This document shows, one piece after another, positions 10,242 through 20,039 of a stretch of DNA of 50,701 nucleotides (position 1 is its first letter; every line of letters begins with the position of its first letter). The stretch spans positions 1 to 50,701 of the forward strand of contig JBKHVI010000015.1 of NCBI GenBank assembly GCA_046570105.1, given 5' to 3'. The translations under genes and the position numbers were made by a program. This DNA is from Bacteriovoracia bacterium. Its GTDB lineage: Bacteria; Bdellovibrionota; Bacteriovoracia; Bacteriovoracales; Bacteriovoracaceae. The notes beneath the pieces are model-generated. The model ran no database searches, was not told the DNA's origin, and saw nothing but the letters and a program-made list of their open reading frames with translations.

Positions 10242-11144
10242 TTAGTACTTCTTCAACTGCAGGACAAAGGCGCCGGTCATGAGCAAAGCACCTCCTAAAA
10301 GTTGAATATCTGAGAGCTGTTTGCCGAGGAAAAACCAATTGGCAAAAACGGCCATCAAAGGAAAAAACATTTCGAGAATCGAACAAAACTTTGCCGGCAG
10401 ACGCTTGAGGCCTTGGTAGTAAAACCACATGGCCATGAGTCCGGAGAATATAATCATGACACCTAAACGAGCATAGTCCATTGGGTCGGCAAGAATCATC
10501 TTGTGGCCCCAAGGTACGACAAAACAAATCGCCACAAATCCCAAGACAAATCGGCCGGCTAAAAGTGAATTCGTATCAAATCCGGCCATGCTTAATTTTT
10601 TTCCAAAGACCGTGGTGGCACCCCAAGCAAGAACTGAGATACCCACCAGAGAATAACCTCTCACGGCCGAATCACTGGCAAATTTATCTGGACTCAACTT
10701 TAAAAGCAGCCAAACTTTTTCGACATCGGGTGCACTGATTAGAATAGCGCCAAGTAAACACACCAGCGACCACAGCAAAAATGGTCTTGGCAGTGGTTCA
10801 CGCAATATCGCCCAAGCTAAAAATATCGCCACCACCGGCTGAAATTTCTGCAACAAAATAACCAACGATGGATTGAGAAAAACAAACGCTCCGGTAAAAG
10901 CCACCGTCGCCAAACAACTTCCGACAATCCCCACGATTAAAAATGAGAAGCCGTCTGAGAGTTTCAACTCGCCGATGCGTGGAAGTGAAGCAATTAATTT
11001 AGGTAAAAAGATAGCAGCTAAAACGGCGTGCTCAAAAAAGACGATGATCAGCGGATCGACACCCTTCTCAACCAACGGATAGCGAATCAGGGTATCAAGG
11101 GCCCATAAGAAGCAGGCGAGAATAATAAACAGAGCACCAGACAC
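10242..11144 (-). CDS. DMT/EamA family transporter
   Basis: 300 aa, about 10 TM helices, two EamA-like halves (LAWAILRE, NWFFLGK). Confidence 0.85.
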   Translation of the reverse strand: MSGALFIILACFLWALDTLIRYPLVEKGVDPLIIVFFEHAVLAAIFLPKLIASLPRIGELKLSDGFSFLIVGIVGSCLATVAFTGAFVFLNPSLVILLQKFQPVVAIFLAWAILREPLPRPFLLWSLVCLLGAILISAPDVEKVWLLLKLSPDKFASDSAVRGYSLVGISVLAWGATTVFGKKLSMAGFDTNSLLAGRFVLGFVAICFVVPWGHKMILADPMDYARLGVMIIFSGLMAMWFYYQGLKRLPAKFCSILEMFFPLMAVFANWFFLGKQLSDIQLLGGALLMTGAFVLQLKKY

Positions 11145-11172
11145 AAGGACTCACTAGTTGGAGATAATCCAA

Positions 11173-12516
11173 CTATAGCTGATCTCGAAACACCTCGAAA
11201 ACCTCTCGTGCACGTGCCGCCGCAAAAGATTTGCGAACTTTCTTCCTTGGCCCCATTTTGCGCTGCTCTTTGGTCAGTTCAACTGAGGGCAGTAAACCAA
11301 AGTTAATATTGGACGGTGTTGGCTTCTCGATAGTCATTACATAGTTCACCAGGGCACCAATAGCTGTCTCTTTCGGCCAAACAAGTTCCGCTTGATTGTT
11401 CAAACGCTTCCAAAGCTGGCCCGCGACATAAAGTCCCATGGCAGCCGATTCGGTATATCCTTCTACGCCAGTGATTTGACCGGCAAAGCTCAGTTCGGGG
11501 TACTTGAGACTTGTCATGCTGGCGTTCAACAGACGACGGCTATTCAAGAAAGAGTTGCGATGACAGGAACCCAAATGAATAAAGCTCGCCTCTTCAAGGC
11601 CCGGGATCATACGGAAGATGCGCACCTGCTCTTTGTAGGTTAAGCGAGTTTGAAAACCGACCAAGTTGAAAGCGGCACCAGCGAGGTTCTCTTTGCGTAG
11701 CTGCACCACCGCCCAAGGTTCACTCCCATCAGGAAGTTCCAGGCCAATCGGCTTCATACAAGAAAAACGCGCGGTTTCCGGTCCTCGCTCGGCCATCAGG
11801 TCAATGGGTAAGCAAGATTCAAAGAATTTCCAATCTTCAAAATCTTTGGGCGGAACTTTCTCGGCGGCCACCATCGCGGCAATAAAAGCATCGTACTGCT
11901 CTTTATTCATCGGCGCATTGAGGTAGTCAGCACGCTCATCAGGTTTTCTGTGACGATCTTTATAGTAGAGTTTGTCGTAATCCAAGGTATCAGCGTCCAC
12001 AACTGGAGCGATGGCATCGTAAAAATAAATGTCTTCAGCACCTAGATTATCTACCATCCACTGTTCGAGAGGTCCGGTCGTCAAAGGGCCAGAAGCCACA
12101 ATGACATGTTGGCATTCAAATTCACGCATAAGAGCGAGAGGATCACTCGCCTCCACCGCTACCACCCGAATATTGGGATGAGTTGAGAGTTTTTCCGTGA
12201 TCGCCTTGGAGAAAAGTTCGCGATCAACCGCCAGGGCATCTCCGGCGGGAACAGCGGTTTCGCTGGCAACTGATAGGATCAAAGAACCCATCGCCCGCAT
12301 TTCTGTTTTGAGCAGTCCGTGGGCCGAATCAGGATCGAGGGATTTAAGCGAATTAGTGCAAACGAGCTCTGCAAAATGAGGAATTTTCTGCGCTGGGTTC
12401 TTTTTGAGGGTTTTGACCTCGGCCAATACCACCGACACTCCGCGAGAGGCCAAAAACCAGGCGGCATCTGAGCCAGCAAGGCCCGCGCCAATCACCAACA
12501 CTCGCGCAGTCGTCAT
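11173..12516 (-). CDS. trmFO: Methylenetetrahydrofolate-tRNA (uracil-5)-methyltransferase TrmFO
   Basis: GAGLAGS, AELVCTNSL, FYDAIAP, YLNAPM, VGFQT and FAGQITGVEGY motifs. Confidence 0.95.
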   Translation of the reverse strand: MTTARVLVIGAGLAGSDAAWFLASRGVSVVLAEVKTLKKNPAQKIPHFAELVCTNSLKSLDPDSAHGLLKTEMRAMGSLILSVASETAVPAGDALAVDRELFSKAITEKLSTHPNIRVVAVEASDPLALMREFECQHVIVASGPLTTGPLEQWMVDNLGAEDIYFYDAIAPVVDADTLDYDKLYYKDRHRKPDERADYLNAPMNKEQYDAFIAAMVAAEKVPPKDFEDWKFFESCLPIDLMAERGPETARFSCMKPIGLELPDGSEPWAVVQLRKENLAGAAFNLVGFQTRLTYKEQVRIFRMIPGLEEASFIHLGSCHRNSFLNSRRLLNASMTSLKYPELSFAGQITGVEGYTESAAMGLYVAGQLWKRLNNQAELVWPKETAIGALVNYVMTIEKPTPSNINFGLLPSVELTKEQRKMGPRKKVRKSFAAARAREVFEVFRDQL

Positions 12517-12616
12517 TTTTCATCCTCTTTTTAGAATTACTTAAGCATAATGGGGACGTGTCTTGGGGTATTAACCCTTGAGGCTCTTTCAGTCAACGCG
12601 TACAAGGCTTAAGTCT

Positions 12617-14344
12617 ATGCAAATCCATCTGCACCAAACTCATCATACGATCGCTGATTTTCAGGCAATTAACGCAAGCCTCTTAAGCACTCTGGAGCGT
12701 CCTGGGCTCCATGTTTTTCCTGAGCTCTACCTGACCGGCTATCCTTTGGCGGATTTGTGTCTGACCGCCCCGTTTATTCAGACCTATCTGGATTTTCTTA
12801 AAAAATTAAATAGCGACATTCTTTCTTTGCCGAAAAATGATCAGACGGCGGCCCTCGTCGGAGGACTGGCCTACACTTTGAGTGACGAAGGTGTGCCTCA
12901 TAGTATTCGCAATGTGATCTTTGAGGTGATTCCCGGCCAAGAATTGCGCGAGCTCTACAGCAAACGCTTGCTGCCGAATTACGATATATTTGATGAACAA
13001 AAATATTTCACGCCGGGAACTGAGCCCGCTGTGTGGTCGTGGCAAGGCAAGCGCCTCGCTTTGATGATTTGTGAAGATATGTGGGCCTCTAGTTTTCATA
13101 AACTCGATCCGGCACGTGATCTGGTGGCACTCAAACCTTTCGATGGCGTAATTAATCTCTCGGCTTCGCCTTATGATGTCGCCAAAGGCGACAAGCGCCG
13201 CGACCGCGCCCGGGTACTCTCACATTTACTGGAAGCGCCCTTTTTCTACGTCAATCGAGTGGGAGGAGAGGACGAAATCCTCTTTGATGGAGCTTCGTTT
13301 GCAGTGAATGGAGACGAAACTCTTGGAATTGCTCCCCAGTTTCTCGCTCACACGCTCTCCGTGGAACTGGTCTCTAAAACTAAGTACACCACCCCTTCTA
13401 CACTTTTAGAAAATACCTGGGAATCACTCTTTGCCCCACGTTTTTCGGCTAATAAGTCCTTCCCGCGCCAATTACAAGAATGGAGCGATGAGGAGTGCGC
13501 CAGTGTCTCAAAGGCCCTGCAATTTTCTTTGCAGGAATACGCCAGTAAAAATAAATTTAAGAAGTTCCTCGTCGCCCTATCTGGAGGCATGGATTCGGCG
13601 CTGGTGCTGACGCTTGCTAAAATGAGCCTCAAGCCGGGTCAAGAATTAGAAGCTATTTACATGCCAGGCCCCTATTCGCGCTCGATAAGCTGGGATTATT
13701 CACTCGAGCTTTGTCAGCGCTTGGGACTTAAGCTCACAAGTTTGCCCATTAAGTTTCTCCACTCCAATGTTCGTATGTCCTTCCAGAATACTTTCCCTGA
13801 GCCCTTTGAGGGCCTCACAGATGAGAATGTACAAAGCCGTTTAAGAGGGATGTTGATCTATACGCGCTCGAACCAAACGGGCGCGATGGTCATTAATACT
13901 TCAAATAAGTCTGAAATTGCCGTTGGTTACTCGACTCAATATGGCGATGCTGTGGGTGCTTATTCGCTCTTGGGTGACCTCTACAAGACTGAGGTTTATC
14001 GACTGGCCGTCTGGATTAATCAAAATCATGGAGGCCTCATCCCGGCCGGTATCATTGAGCGCCCACCTTCGGCTGAACTCAAACCTAACCAAACCGATCA
14101 AGACAGTCTTCCTCCTTACCCGCGTCTCGATGCCATTCTCGAGGGGATTTTGAGTTTCCGTCATCGCCAACAAGATCTCATTGCGATGGGATTTAGTGAG
14201 GAAGAAGTAAAAAGGGTCTTCCATCTTTATAGCATTGCGGAGTATAAGAGGCGTCAGTTCTGCCCTATAGCTAAAATCAAGGCGAAAAGTTTTGGTTTTG
14301 GGTATAGAGTACCACTGAGCAAACACACTGGTTTTTATCAGTAA
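12617..14344 (+). CDS. nadE: Glutamine-dependent NAD+ synthetase
   Basis: Nitrilase triad (FPELYL, KRLLPNYDIFDE, ICEDMW) plus synthetase motifs SGGMDS, ENVQSR, NKSE, GYSTQYGD, PPSAEL; start moved to ATG 12617. Confidence 0.95.
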   Translation: MQIHLHQTHHTIADFQAINASLLSTLERPGLHVFPELYLTGYPLADLCLTAPFIQTYLDFLKKLNSDILSLPKNDQTAALVGGLAYTLSDEGVPHSIRNVIFEVIPGQELRELYSKRLLPNYDIFDEQKYFTPGTEPAVWSWQGKRLALMICEDMWASSFHKLDPARDLVALKPFDGVINLSASPYDVAKGDKRRDRARVLSHLLEAPFFYVNRVGGEDEILFDGASFAVNGDETLGIAPQFLAHTLSVELVSKTKYTTPSTLLENTWESLFAPRFSANKSFPRQLQEWSDEECASVSKALQFSLQEYASKNKFKKFLVALSGGMDSALVLTLAKMSLKPGQELEAIYMPGPYSRSISWDYSLELCQRLGLKLTSLPIKFLHSNVRMSFQNTFPEPFEGLTDENVQSRLRGMLIYTRSNQTGAMVINTSNKSEIAVGYSTQYGDAVGAYSLLGDLYKTEVYRLAVWINQNHGGLIPAGIIERPPSAELKPNQTDQDSLPPYPRLDAILEGILSFRHRQQDLIAMGFSEEEVKRVFHLYSIAEYKRRQFCPIAKIKAKSFGFGYRVPLSKHTGFYQ

Positions 14345-14362
14345 CAACCCTGGGGGCCTGAC

Positions 14363-14779
14363 ATGACAAACGAAACTAACACAAGTTCCAACTCTGTCCT
14401 TGGCGCAATTGAGAACGTCAAAAAGAACGTCCAAGAAAATGTAAAAACAGTAAAAGAAACAGTCGCGAACTTGGGCCAGTTCAAAGGTCAAGTGAAGGCG
14501 ATGGTCAAAGAAGCTCAAGGCGAATTCGCAAAACTCGTCAATAAAGACCTCGCAATTGCTAAGAAGAAAATTGCTGCTGAGAAAGCTCTTCTTGAGAAAG
14601 AAGTGAAGAAACAAACTTTGATTGCAAAAAAGTTCATTGCGACTCAGAAAAAAGAAATCGCTGTTCTCCAAGCTAAGCTTGAGAAAATTGTTGCTAGTAA
14701 GACAACAAAGAAAAAAGCGACGAAGAAAGTTGCTAAGAAAGCGACCAAGAAAGCCACTAAGAAAGTAGCATCTAAGTAA
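14363..14779 (+). CDS. Lys/Ala-rich helical protein with histone-H1-like KKAT/KKVA tail
   Basis: 138 aa; C-terminus KKKATKKVAKKATKKATKKVASK; followed by a strong hairpin. Confidence 0.8.
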   Translation: MTNETNTSSNSVLGAIENVKKNVQENVKTVKETVANLGQFKGQVKAMVKEAQGEFAKLVNKDLAIAKKKIAAEKALLEKEVKKQTLIAKKFIATQKKEIAVLQAKLEKIVASKTTKKKATKKVAKKATKKATKKVASK

Positions 14780-14784
14780 TAACC

Positions 14785-14811
14785 TCCCTCCCTTCGGGGA
14801 GGGAACTCTTT
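14785..14811 (+). terminator. Intrinsic terminator-like hairpin
   Basis: TCCCTCCC-TTCG-GGGAGGGA 8-bp stem with UUCG loop just after the stop codon; weak U-tract (actcttt). Confidence 0.7.
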
Positions 14812-14822
14812 GACATTTTTTT

Positions 14823-14898
14823 GCTAGGGGTGCTGCGAGTAATCGTGGCTGAGACAAACCCTTCGAACCTGAAAGAGATAATGCTCGCGCAGGGAAGC
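14823..14898 (+). ncRNA. TPP (THI-box) riboswitch
   Basis: GGGGTGC...GCTGAGA...ACCCTTCGAACCTGA-AAGAG-ATAATG-CTC-GCGCAGGGAAG matches the conserved TPP aptamer core. Confidence 0.92.
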
Positions 14899-14900
14899 TT

Positions 14901-16892
14901 ATGACACTTCTACTCTATTTTATTTTATTCTTCTCTCCCGCACTGGCGCAGGAGCTACTCGCGCCTATTGATGTGAATGAAGCTGCAATCGACTTATCAA
15001 GTTCGACCGGTTTCTCTGGAGCACCACAGACGGCGCCACTCTCGACCGCTAGTTACTCACAAACAGAAATGCGCACCTATGGAGTTGAGCGTCTCTCCGA
15101 TCTCACTCGTCTCGATGCCGCATTAACAGAGAGCTATAGTGCCGGTGGATACTGGGACATACTTTCTCTGCGAGGTTTGCCATTAGACAATCGCGCCAAC
15201 TATCTGCGGGAAGGTCTGCCTATAAGTGCCGAAACCGCCATCCCGTTAGATAATAAAGAGCGTGTTGATATCATCAAGGGCCCCGCCGGGATTACCAGTG
15301 GCGCACCTACTCCTGCCGGACTTATTCACTTCCAAGTGAAAAGGCCCTCATCCAAGAAGTTCTCCCAACTAAGTCTTTCCTGGAGTGAAGCGAATCAACA
15401 GCTCTTGGGTCTTGAAACCAATCGTCCCCTATCAGATAAACTCACCACTCGACTTCAGGCGGTCTTAGAAAAAATTAATCCTTTAATAGAAAACTCTAAA
15501 GGTGAAAGATATCTTATGGCCGGGGCCCTCGATTATCGCAGGAGTTCGCGCTCCCTGTGGCAGTTTGAAGTGGAGGCTTCAAAACAAGCACGGCCGAGTG
15601 TCGCTGGTTTCTCGCTCGAAGGTAATAAGCTGCCTTCGGTTCCAGATATGCGTCGTAACCTTAATCAGCAAGACTGGAGTAGGCCCGTTGAATTCAAGGC
15701 GCTCACCAGTACATTAAAAAATACGACCTCTCTATCAGATAATATTCTTCTTACCACAACCCTAGGCATTCAACATTTAAGGAATGATGATTTTCTGGCC
15801 TACCCCTATGGATGCGACAAAGAAGGTCGTTATGATCGCTATTGCAGTGATGGCACCTTTGATGTTTATGACTATCGTAGTGAGAATGAAAGAAGACGAA
15901 CAACAGCTGCGCGAATCGCCTTAGAGGGAAGCGGCTCAGTTTTAAACTTAGAAAGACAATGGAATATGGGGGCACTTTGGAGCCAACGTTCCGAGCGCTA
16001 TGGTAAACAGGCCTATAATTATGCTGGCGAGGGAAATACCGCTGGTGATTTTGATCTCCCGGCCAATCCCAGTAAAGATGACCAGAATACAAATCGTGAT
16101 TTTTTACAAAAAGAAATATTCTGGTTTGAGCAATTATCGATTAAGAATTGGCATCTCAACACCAAATTAAGTCTTCATGACGTAGATCGCACCAGTGAGC
16201 GCACTGACCGCTCCGAGAAAACACAATCCCAAGATAAATTCACTCTCCCCTGGATAGCTATTTCTCATCAAGGGAGATTTACCAGTTATATGAGCTATGG
16301 CCAAGGCAGCGAACTTTTTATGACTCCTAACCGGAGTGATTATAATAGAGCAGGAAAAAGCCTTGAGAGAGCGCGCTCTGAGCAGTGGGAGCTGGGAATA
16401 AAAACGCAGCGATGGTCACTGACGGCATTTTACCTAAAGCGTCCCTCTCTACGTGATGAGGCGCCACTTTATGAATTAAGTGGATACTTTCTTCAAAAAG
16501 GGTTGGAGGCCAGCACGCTTTTAGAATGGAATAAATTCTCTTGGCAGCAATCAGCAATGATTGTGCGTATCGATCGATCTGATAGTCTCAAGGTGACTAA
16601 CGTTCCTCAATACACCTGGAGATCTCATCTCGGATATAAATGGAAAGATGAATCATTGCTTACATTAAGCACCATCTATGAGGGGGAGCGAGAGATTGAG
16701 ACCCATGGGCAAACTCAACTCGCCGCATGGGTTCGTTGGGATATGAGTCTCAATTATAAAAGCTGGCTTCTGCGAATTGAGAATATTTTTGCCAACAGGT
16801 ACTGGAGAGAATCCCCCACTCAATACGGGCACATCTACCTCTATCCAGGCATTCAGCGACGAATGAGCTTAAGTTGGAGTCACCAATGGTAA
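14901..16892 (+). CDS. TonB-dependent outer-membrane receptor, probably for thiamine or a precursor
   Basis: Signal peptide, plug motifs LRG and ERVDIIKGP, ENIFANRYW, terminal Trp; directly downstream of the TPP riboswitch. Confidence 0.85.
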   Translation: MTLLLYFILFFSPALAQELLAPIDVNEAAIDLSSSTGFSGAPQTAPLSTASYSQTEMRTYGVERLSDLTRLDAALTESYSAGGYWDILSLRGLPLDNRANYLREGLPISAETAIPLDNKERVDIIKGPAGITSGAPTPAGLIHFQVKRPSSKKFSQLSLSWSEANQQLLGLETNRPLSDKLTTRLQAVLEKINPLIENSKGERYLMAGALDYRRSSRSLWQFEVEASKQARPSVAGFSLEGNKLPSVPDMRRNLNQQDWSRPVEFKALTSTLKNTTSLSDNILLTTTLGIQHLRNDDFLAYPYGCDKEGRYDRYCSDGTFDVYDYRSENERRRTTAARIALEGSGSVLNLERQWNMGALWSQRSERYGKQAYNYAGEGNTAGDFDLPANPSKDDQNTNRDFLQKEIFWFEQLSIKNWHLNTKLSLHDVDRTSERTDRSEKTQSQDKFTLPWIAISHQGRFTSYMSYGQGSELFMTPNRSDYNRAGKSLERARSEQWELGIKTQRWSLTAFYLKRPSLRDEAPLYELSGYFLQKGLEASTLLEWNKFSWQQSAMIVRIDRSDSLKVTNVPQYTWRSHLGYKWKDESLLTLSTIYEGEREIETHGQTQLAAWVRWDMSLNYKSWLLRIENIFANRYWRESPTQYGHIYLYPGIQRRMSLSWSHQW

Positions 16893-17726
16893 TTACTCTG
16901 AAAGACAAATCTCTACAAAAAAATCACCGACGTTACTCTCAAAAGGAACAATCACAATCGGCCCTTTGGTTAATGCCGAAAGCGTATGCCCTTTACCTGT
17001 AACAACAGAAGGAATGGCCATCTTGATACCATACCCTTTTTCATTCAAAACAACTTTGGCCTGACCGAAGATCATGTTGGTAATTTCGCCGGCCCCATCC
17101 ACAATCTCTTTATCAAGAGTCGTGATTTCTTCGCCAAGCATGCCTGACATTACTTTCAAAAATGTCTTTTCAGGAAAACTAATAACCACTGAGCCATTAA
17201 AGGCATCACTGACGACACCAATAACACCCGAGACATCACCCACTAACATCTCGTGAGGTTTTTTAATAAACGGTTTTCCCGATTTAGCTTCAACGGAAGC
17301 TTGAACCTTTAAAACATGAAGTGTTGCCGTTAAAAAAGGATCTACAAATTCTGTATCCATAGTTCTCTTCGCGATAATCCCTAAATCAATCAAAGCAGCC
17401 GTCAGCGACTTTGAGATTTGAAAGGCCCCGTCGATCCCTTCTTTTTTGAGGTACGCTAACACGGATTGGTTAACGTTAATTAAGCGCATACTTTTGCCGG
17501 AACCCTTAAGTGCCATTTGTAGTCGCAAAAGTGAACGTACCCAATCTTTTGAAAAACTCATGAGCATCTGACAATCAACGATTAAATGATTGTGTGCTGA
17601 AGTCAGCATCGGCTCAATTTCTTCATCAAAGGCCTTTCCTTGAGCGAAATCAAGAATGCCCTCTAAGCGAAGTTTCTTATAGCCTTCGCACATCTCAAAT
17701 TTATGACCAAGCGTGACTGTTGCCAT
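16893..17726 (-). CDS. cheX: CheX chemotaxis phosphatase with N-terminal STAS-like domain
   Basis: FVDPF, DVSGVIG and GEITNMIFG (ExxN) motifs; N-terminal ~110 aa resemble STAS (LRLEGILD, LIVDC). Confidence 0.82.
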   Translation of the reverse strand: MATVTLGHKFEMCEGYKKLRLEGILDFAQGKAFDEEIEPMLTSAHNHLIVDCQMLMSFSKDWVRSLLRLQMALKGSGKSMRLINVNQSVLAYLKKEGIDGAFQISKSLTAALIDLGIIAKRTMDTEFVDPFLTATLHVLKVQASVEAKSGKPFIKKPHEMLVGDVSGVIGVVSDAFNGSVVISFPEKTFLKVMSGMLGEEITTLDKEIVDGAGEITNMIFGQAKVVLNEKGYGIKMAIPSVVTGKGHTLSALTKGPIVIVPFESNVGDFFVEICLSE

Positions 17727-18134
17727 CTAGGCACTCGCTCGTAGACTAATCTTTTTATGGGCCGACTCTAACTTTGCCTTGAGGGCATCTTTACTAAAAG
17801 GCTTTACCACATACTGATCAACACCTGTCTTAATTGCTTCAGCAACCTGAGTCGATTCTGCTTCAGCAGTCACCAACAAAAAGGGCGTCGATTTTAACTT
17901 TTCATCCGCTCGAACATTTTTCAAGAAATCAAGTCCCGTCATCTTCGGCATATTCCAGTCTGAAATAATCAATCCGAATGGCTTATCCGCACTTTTTGTC
18001 TTCTCCCAAGCTTCATGTCCATCAACGGCTTCTTGAATATCGGTATAACCTAATTCACGAAGGATCTTTGAAACAACTTTACGCATAGTAAGCATATCAT
18101 CAACAACCAACACTTTTGTTTTCAAATCGAACAT
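17727..18134 (-). CDS. cheY: CheY response regulator
   Basis: VLVVDD, ISDWNMP, LVTAE and YVVKPF motifs; start moved to ATG 18134 behind a GAAGGAG SD. Confidence 0.92.
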   Translation of the reverse strand: MFDLKTKVLVVDDMLTMRKVVSKILRELGYTDIQEAVDGHEAWEKTKSADKPFGLIISDWNMPKMTGLDFLKNVRADEKLKSTPFLLVTAEAESTQVAEAIKTGVDQYVVKPFSKDALKAKLESAHKKISLRASA

Positions 18135-18144
18135 AAGTACTCCT

Positions 18145-18972
18145 TCAAGCGACGAGCTTGGATTTTGCATTTTTCTTTCTATAAACGATAACTTTGTCTT
18201 GTAGAGTTGTTTGTACTTGATCAGTCACGCCCATCAAGGTTTCACCAACACCTAGGATGAGACCTCCTTGAGAATCCATACGATTAAGCATGGACTCGAC
18301 TACTTGCTTTTTGGTGGACACCTTTTGATAAATTAAAACATTCCGACACAAAATGAGATGAAAAGTATCATTCACCGTTGAGGACAATAAGTTATTGTAC
18401 TGGAATGTAATCTTAGATCTGATACTTTGATTGGCCTGCCAACCGAGCGCCGTTTTTACAAAAAAGCGTTTCTTCCTTTCTTCAGAAATACCCCGTGATA
18501 ACTCAAATTCGGTATAAACGCCGGCCTTGGCTTTATCTAATGCACGCTGACAGATGTCAGTACCTAAGATTTTATAAGGTGGTAGTGAAAAAGTGCTACC
18601 GAGCTCCTCGAGTAAGATCGCAACACTGAGTGCTTCCTGTCCGGTACTGGATGCAGCTGACCAGATACGGATTTCTGATGGTCGCTGAGGAATGATTTCT
18701 TTAACCACAAATTCTTTTATGGCATCAAAAAAAGCCGGATCTCTAAAGAACAAAGTTTCATTATTGGTTGAGTGATCTAGCAACTTTTGCTTTAAACTAT
18801 AATCAGGACCTCGTTCAAACTTGGATAATAGTGTGTCCAGATCTGTGATTCCTTCAGTTTTTGCAATTTCCTCTAGGCGAGTTTGTAATTGGTATAAATT
18901 AGTTTCATGAAACACGATACCTGTTTCTTGTTCAATAAAATTTGAAAAATAGCTAAGAGCTCTATGCGACAC
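18145..18972 (-). CDS. cheR: CheR methyltransferase
   Basis: NETLFFRD, IWSAASSTGQE, GTDI and CRNVLIY motifs. Confidence 0.93.
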   Translation of the reverse strand: MSHRALSYFSNFIEQETGIVFHETNLYQLQTRLEEIAKTEGITDLDTLLSKFERGPDYSLKQKLLDHSTNNETLFFRDPAFFDAIKEFVVKEIIPQRPSEIRIWSAASSTGQEALSVAILLEELGSTFSLPPYKILGTDICQRALDKAKAGVYTEFELSRGISEERKKRFFVKTALGWQANQSIRSKITFQYNNLLSSTVNDTFHLILCRNVLIYQKVSTKKQVVESMLNRMDSQGGLILGVGETLMGVTDQVQTTLQDKVIVYRKKNAKSKLVA

Positions 18973-20029
18973 GTGTATGACTCCGGTGAATAGCTATTTG
19001 TTGTACCTTGGAAGCAAGATCTTGTGGCGAGCCCGAATAGTCGAAATGCCCCCCATCAAATACAGCTCCGGGCATTCCAAAAACAACACACGTTTCTTGA
19101 TTTTGAATGAGTACAACACCGTGTTGGTTTTTAATCGCCGCCGCCCCCTGGGCACCGTCTCTCCCCATCCCCGTCAGCACCACCCCAAGTGTATGTCGCC
19201 CATAAATGGCGGTAGCCGTTTCAAAAAGATGATCAGCACAGGGCCGTACAAAATTTCTTTGAGGCCCTTGATCAAGCGTTATGATGGGATTTGATTTATC
19301 ACCCACGACTTTCATGTGATAGTCACCTGGAGCAAGATAGATATGATTATCTTTGAGTACTTCTCCATGAACTGCTTCACGACATATTTTATTACTCGAC
19401 TTGGCGATTCGTTCAGCTAACGAAGTCGTAAACATAGGTGGCATGTGCTGTGCAATCAAAACGGGAAAAGGTATTTCACAGTTTATTCCACTGAAAAAAT
19501 CAACCAAGGCATTGGGACCACCAGTGGAAGAGGCGACAACCATTATTTCTGGGCGTAAAGCCTCCCAAATGATTGTTGGGCCAGCCACTTTCGTAGCTGT
19601 TTTGACCCTGGTGAGCTTTTCGCCAGGAAAAAGCGAGATGATTTTAGGATAAAGAGCTTCTTTGATTTTTTGAGCAGGTGTCAAAGTTGATTTATCTGGC
19701 ATAGGCTTTGCGACAAAGTCTGTTGCGCCTATATGCATAGCTTCTAGCGTCTTGGTGGCACCGGCGATACTTTGAGATGAAAAAACGACAACTTTGGGTT
19801 GCAAATTTTTCAGCTTCATTTCTTTGAGAGTTGAGATCCCATCAAGAACTGGCATCTCAAGATCAAGTGTTATAAGGTCCACTTCTTGTGACTGCATCTT
19901 TTCTATTGCGATTTTTCCATTCGATGCCGTTCCAACGATTTCGATTTCTACGCAGTCTTTAAGCGCTTCTTGAATCTGAGATCTGAACAAAACAGAATCG
20001 TCGACAATTAAAACTTTGATCGTTTTCAA
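18962..20029 (-). CDS. cheB: CheB methylesterase (REC + esterase)
   Basis: LIVDDS, TLDLEMP, SSTGGP, QHMP and LTGMGRDGA motifs. Confidence 0.95.
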   Translation of the reverse strand: MKTIKVLIVDDSVLFRSQIQEALKDCVEIEIVGTASNGKIAIEKMQSQEVDLITLDLEMPVLDGISTLKEMKLKNLQPKVVVFSSQSIAGATKTLEAMHIGATDFVAKPMPDKSTLTPAQKIKEALYPKIISLFPGEKLTRVKTATKVAGPTIIWEALRPEIMVVASSTGGPNALVDFFSGINCEIPFPVLIAQHMPPMFTTSLAERIAKSSNKICREAVHGEVLKDNHIYLAPGDYHMKVVGDKSNPIITLDQGPQRNFVRPCADHLFETATAIYGRHTLGVVLTGMGRDGAQGAAAIKNQHGVVLIQNQETCVVFGMPGAVFDGGHFDYSGSPQDLASKVQQIAIHRSHTRVA

Positions 20030-20039
20030 TTACTTTCCT

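Noticed and set aside
13901..14857. 318-aa minus-strand ORF
   Set aside because: Antisense shadow of nadE and the Lys-rich gene; its Phe/Leu richness mirrors their Lys/Glu codons
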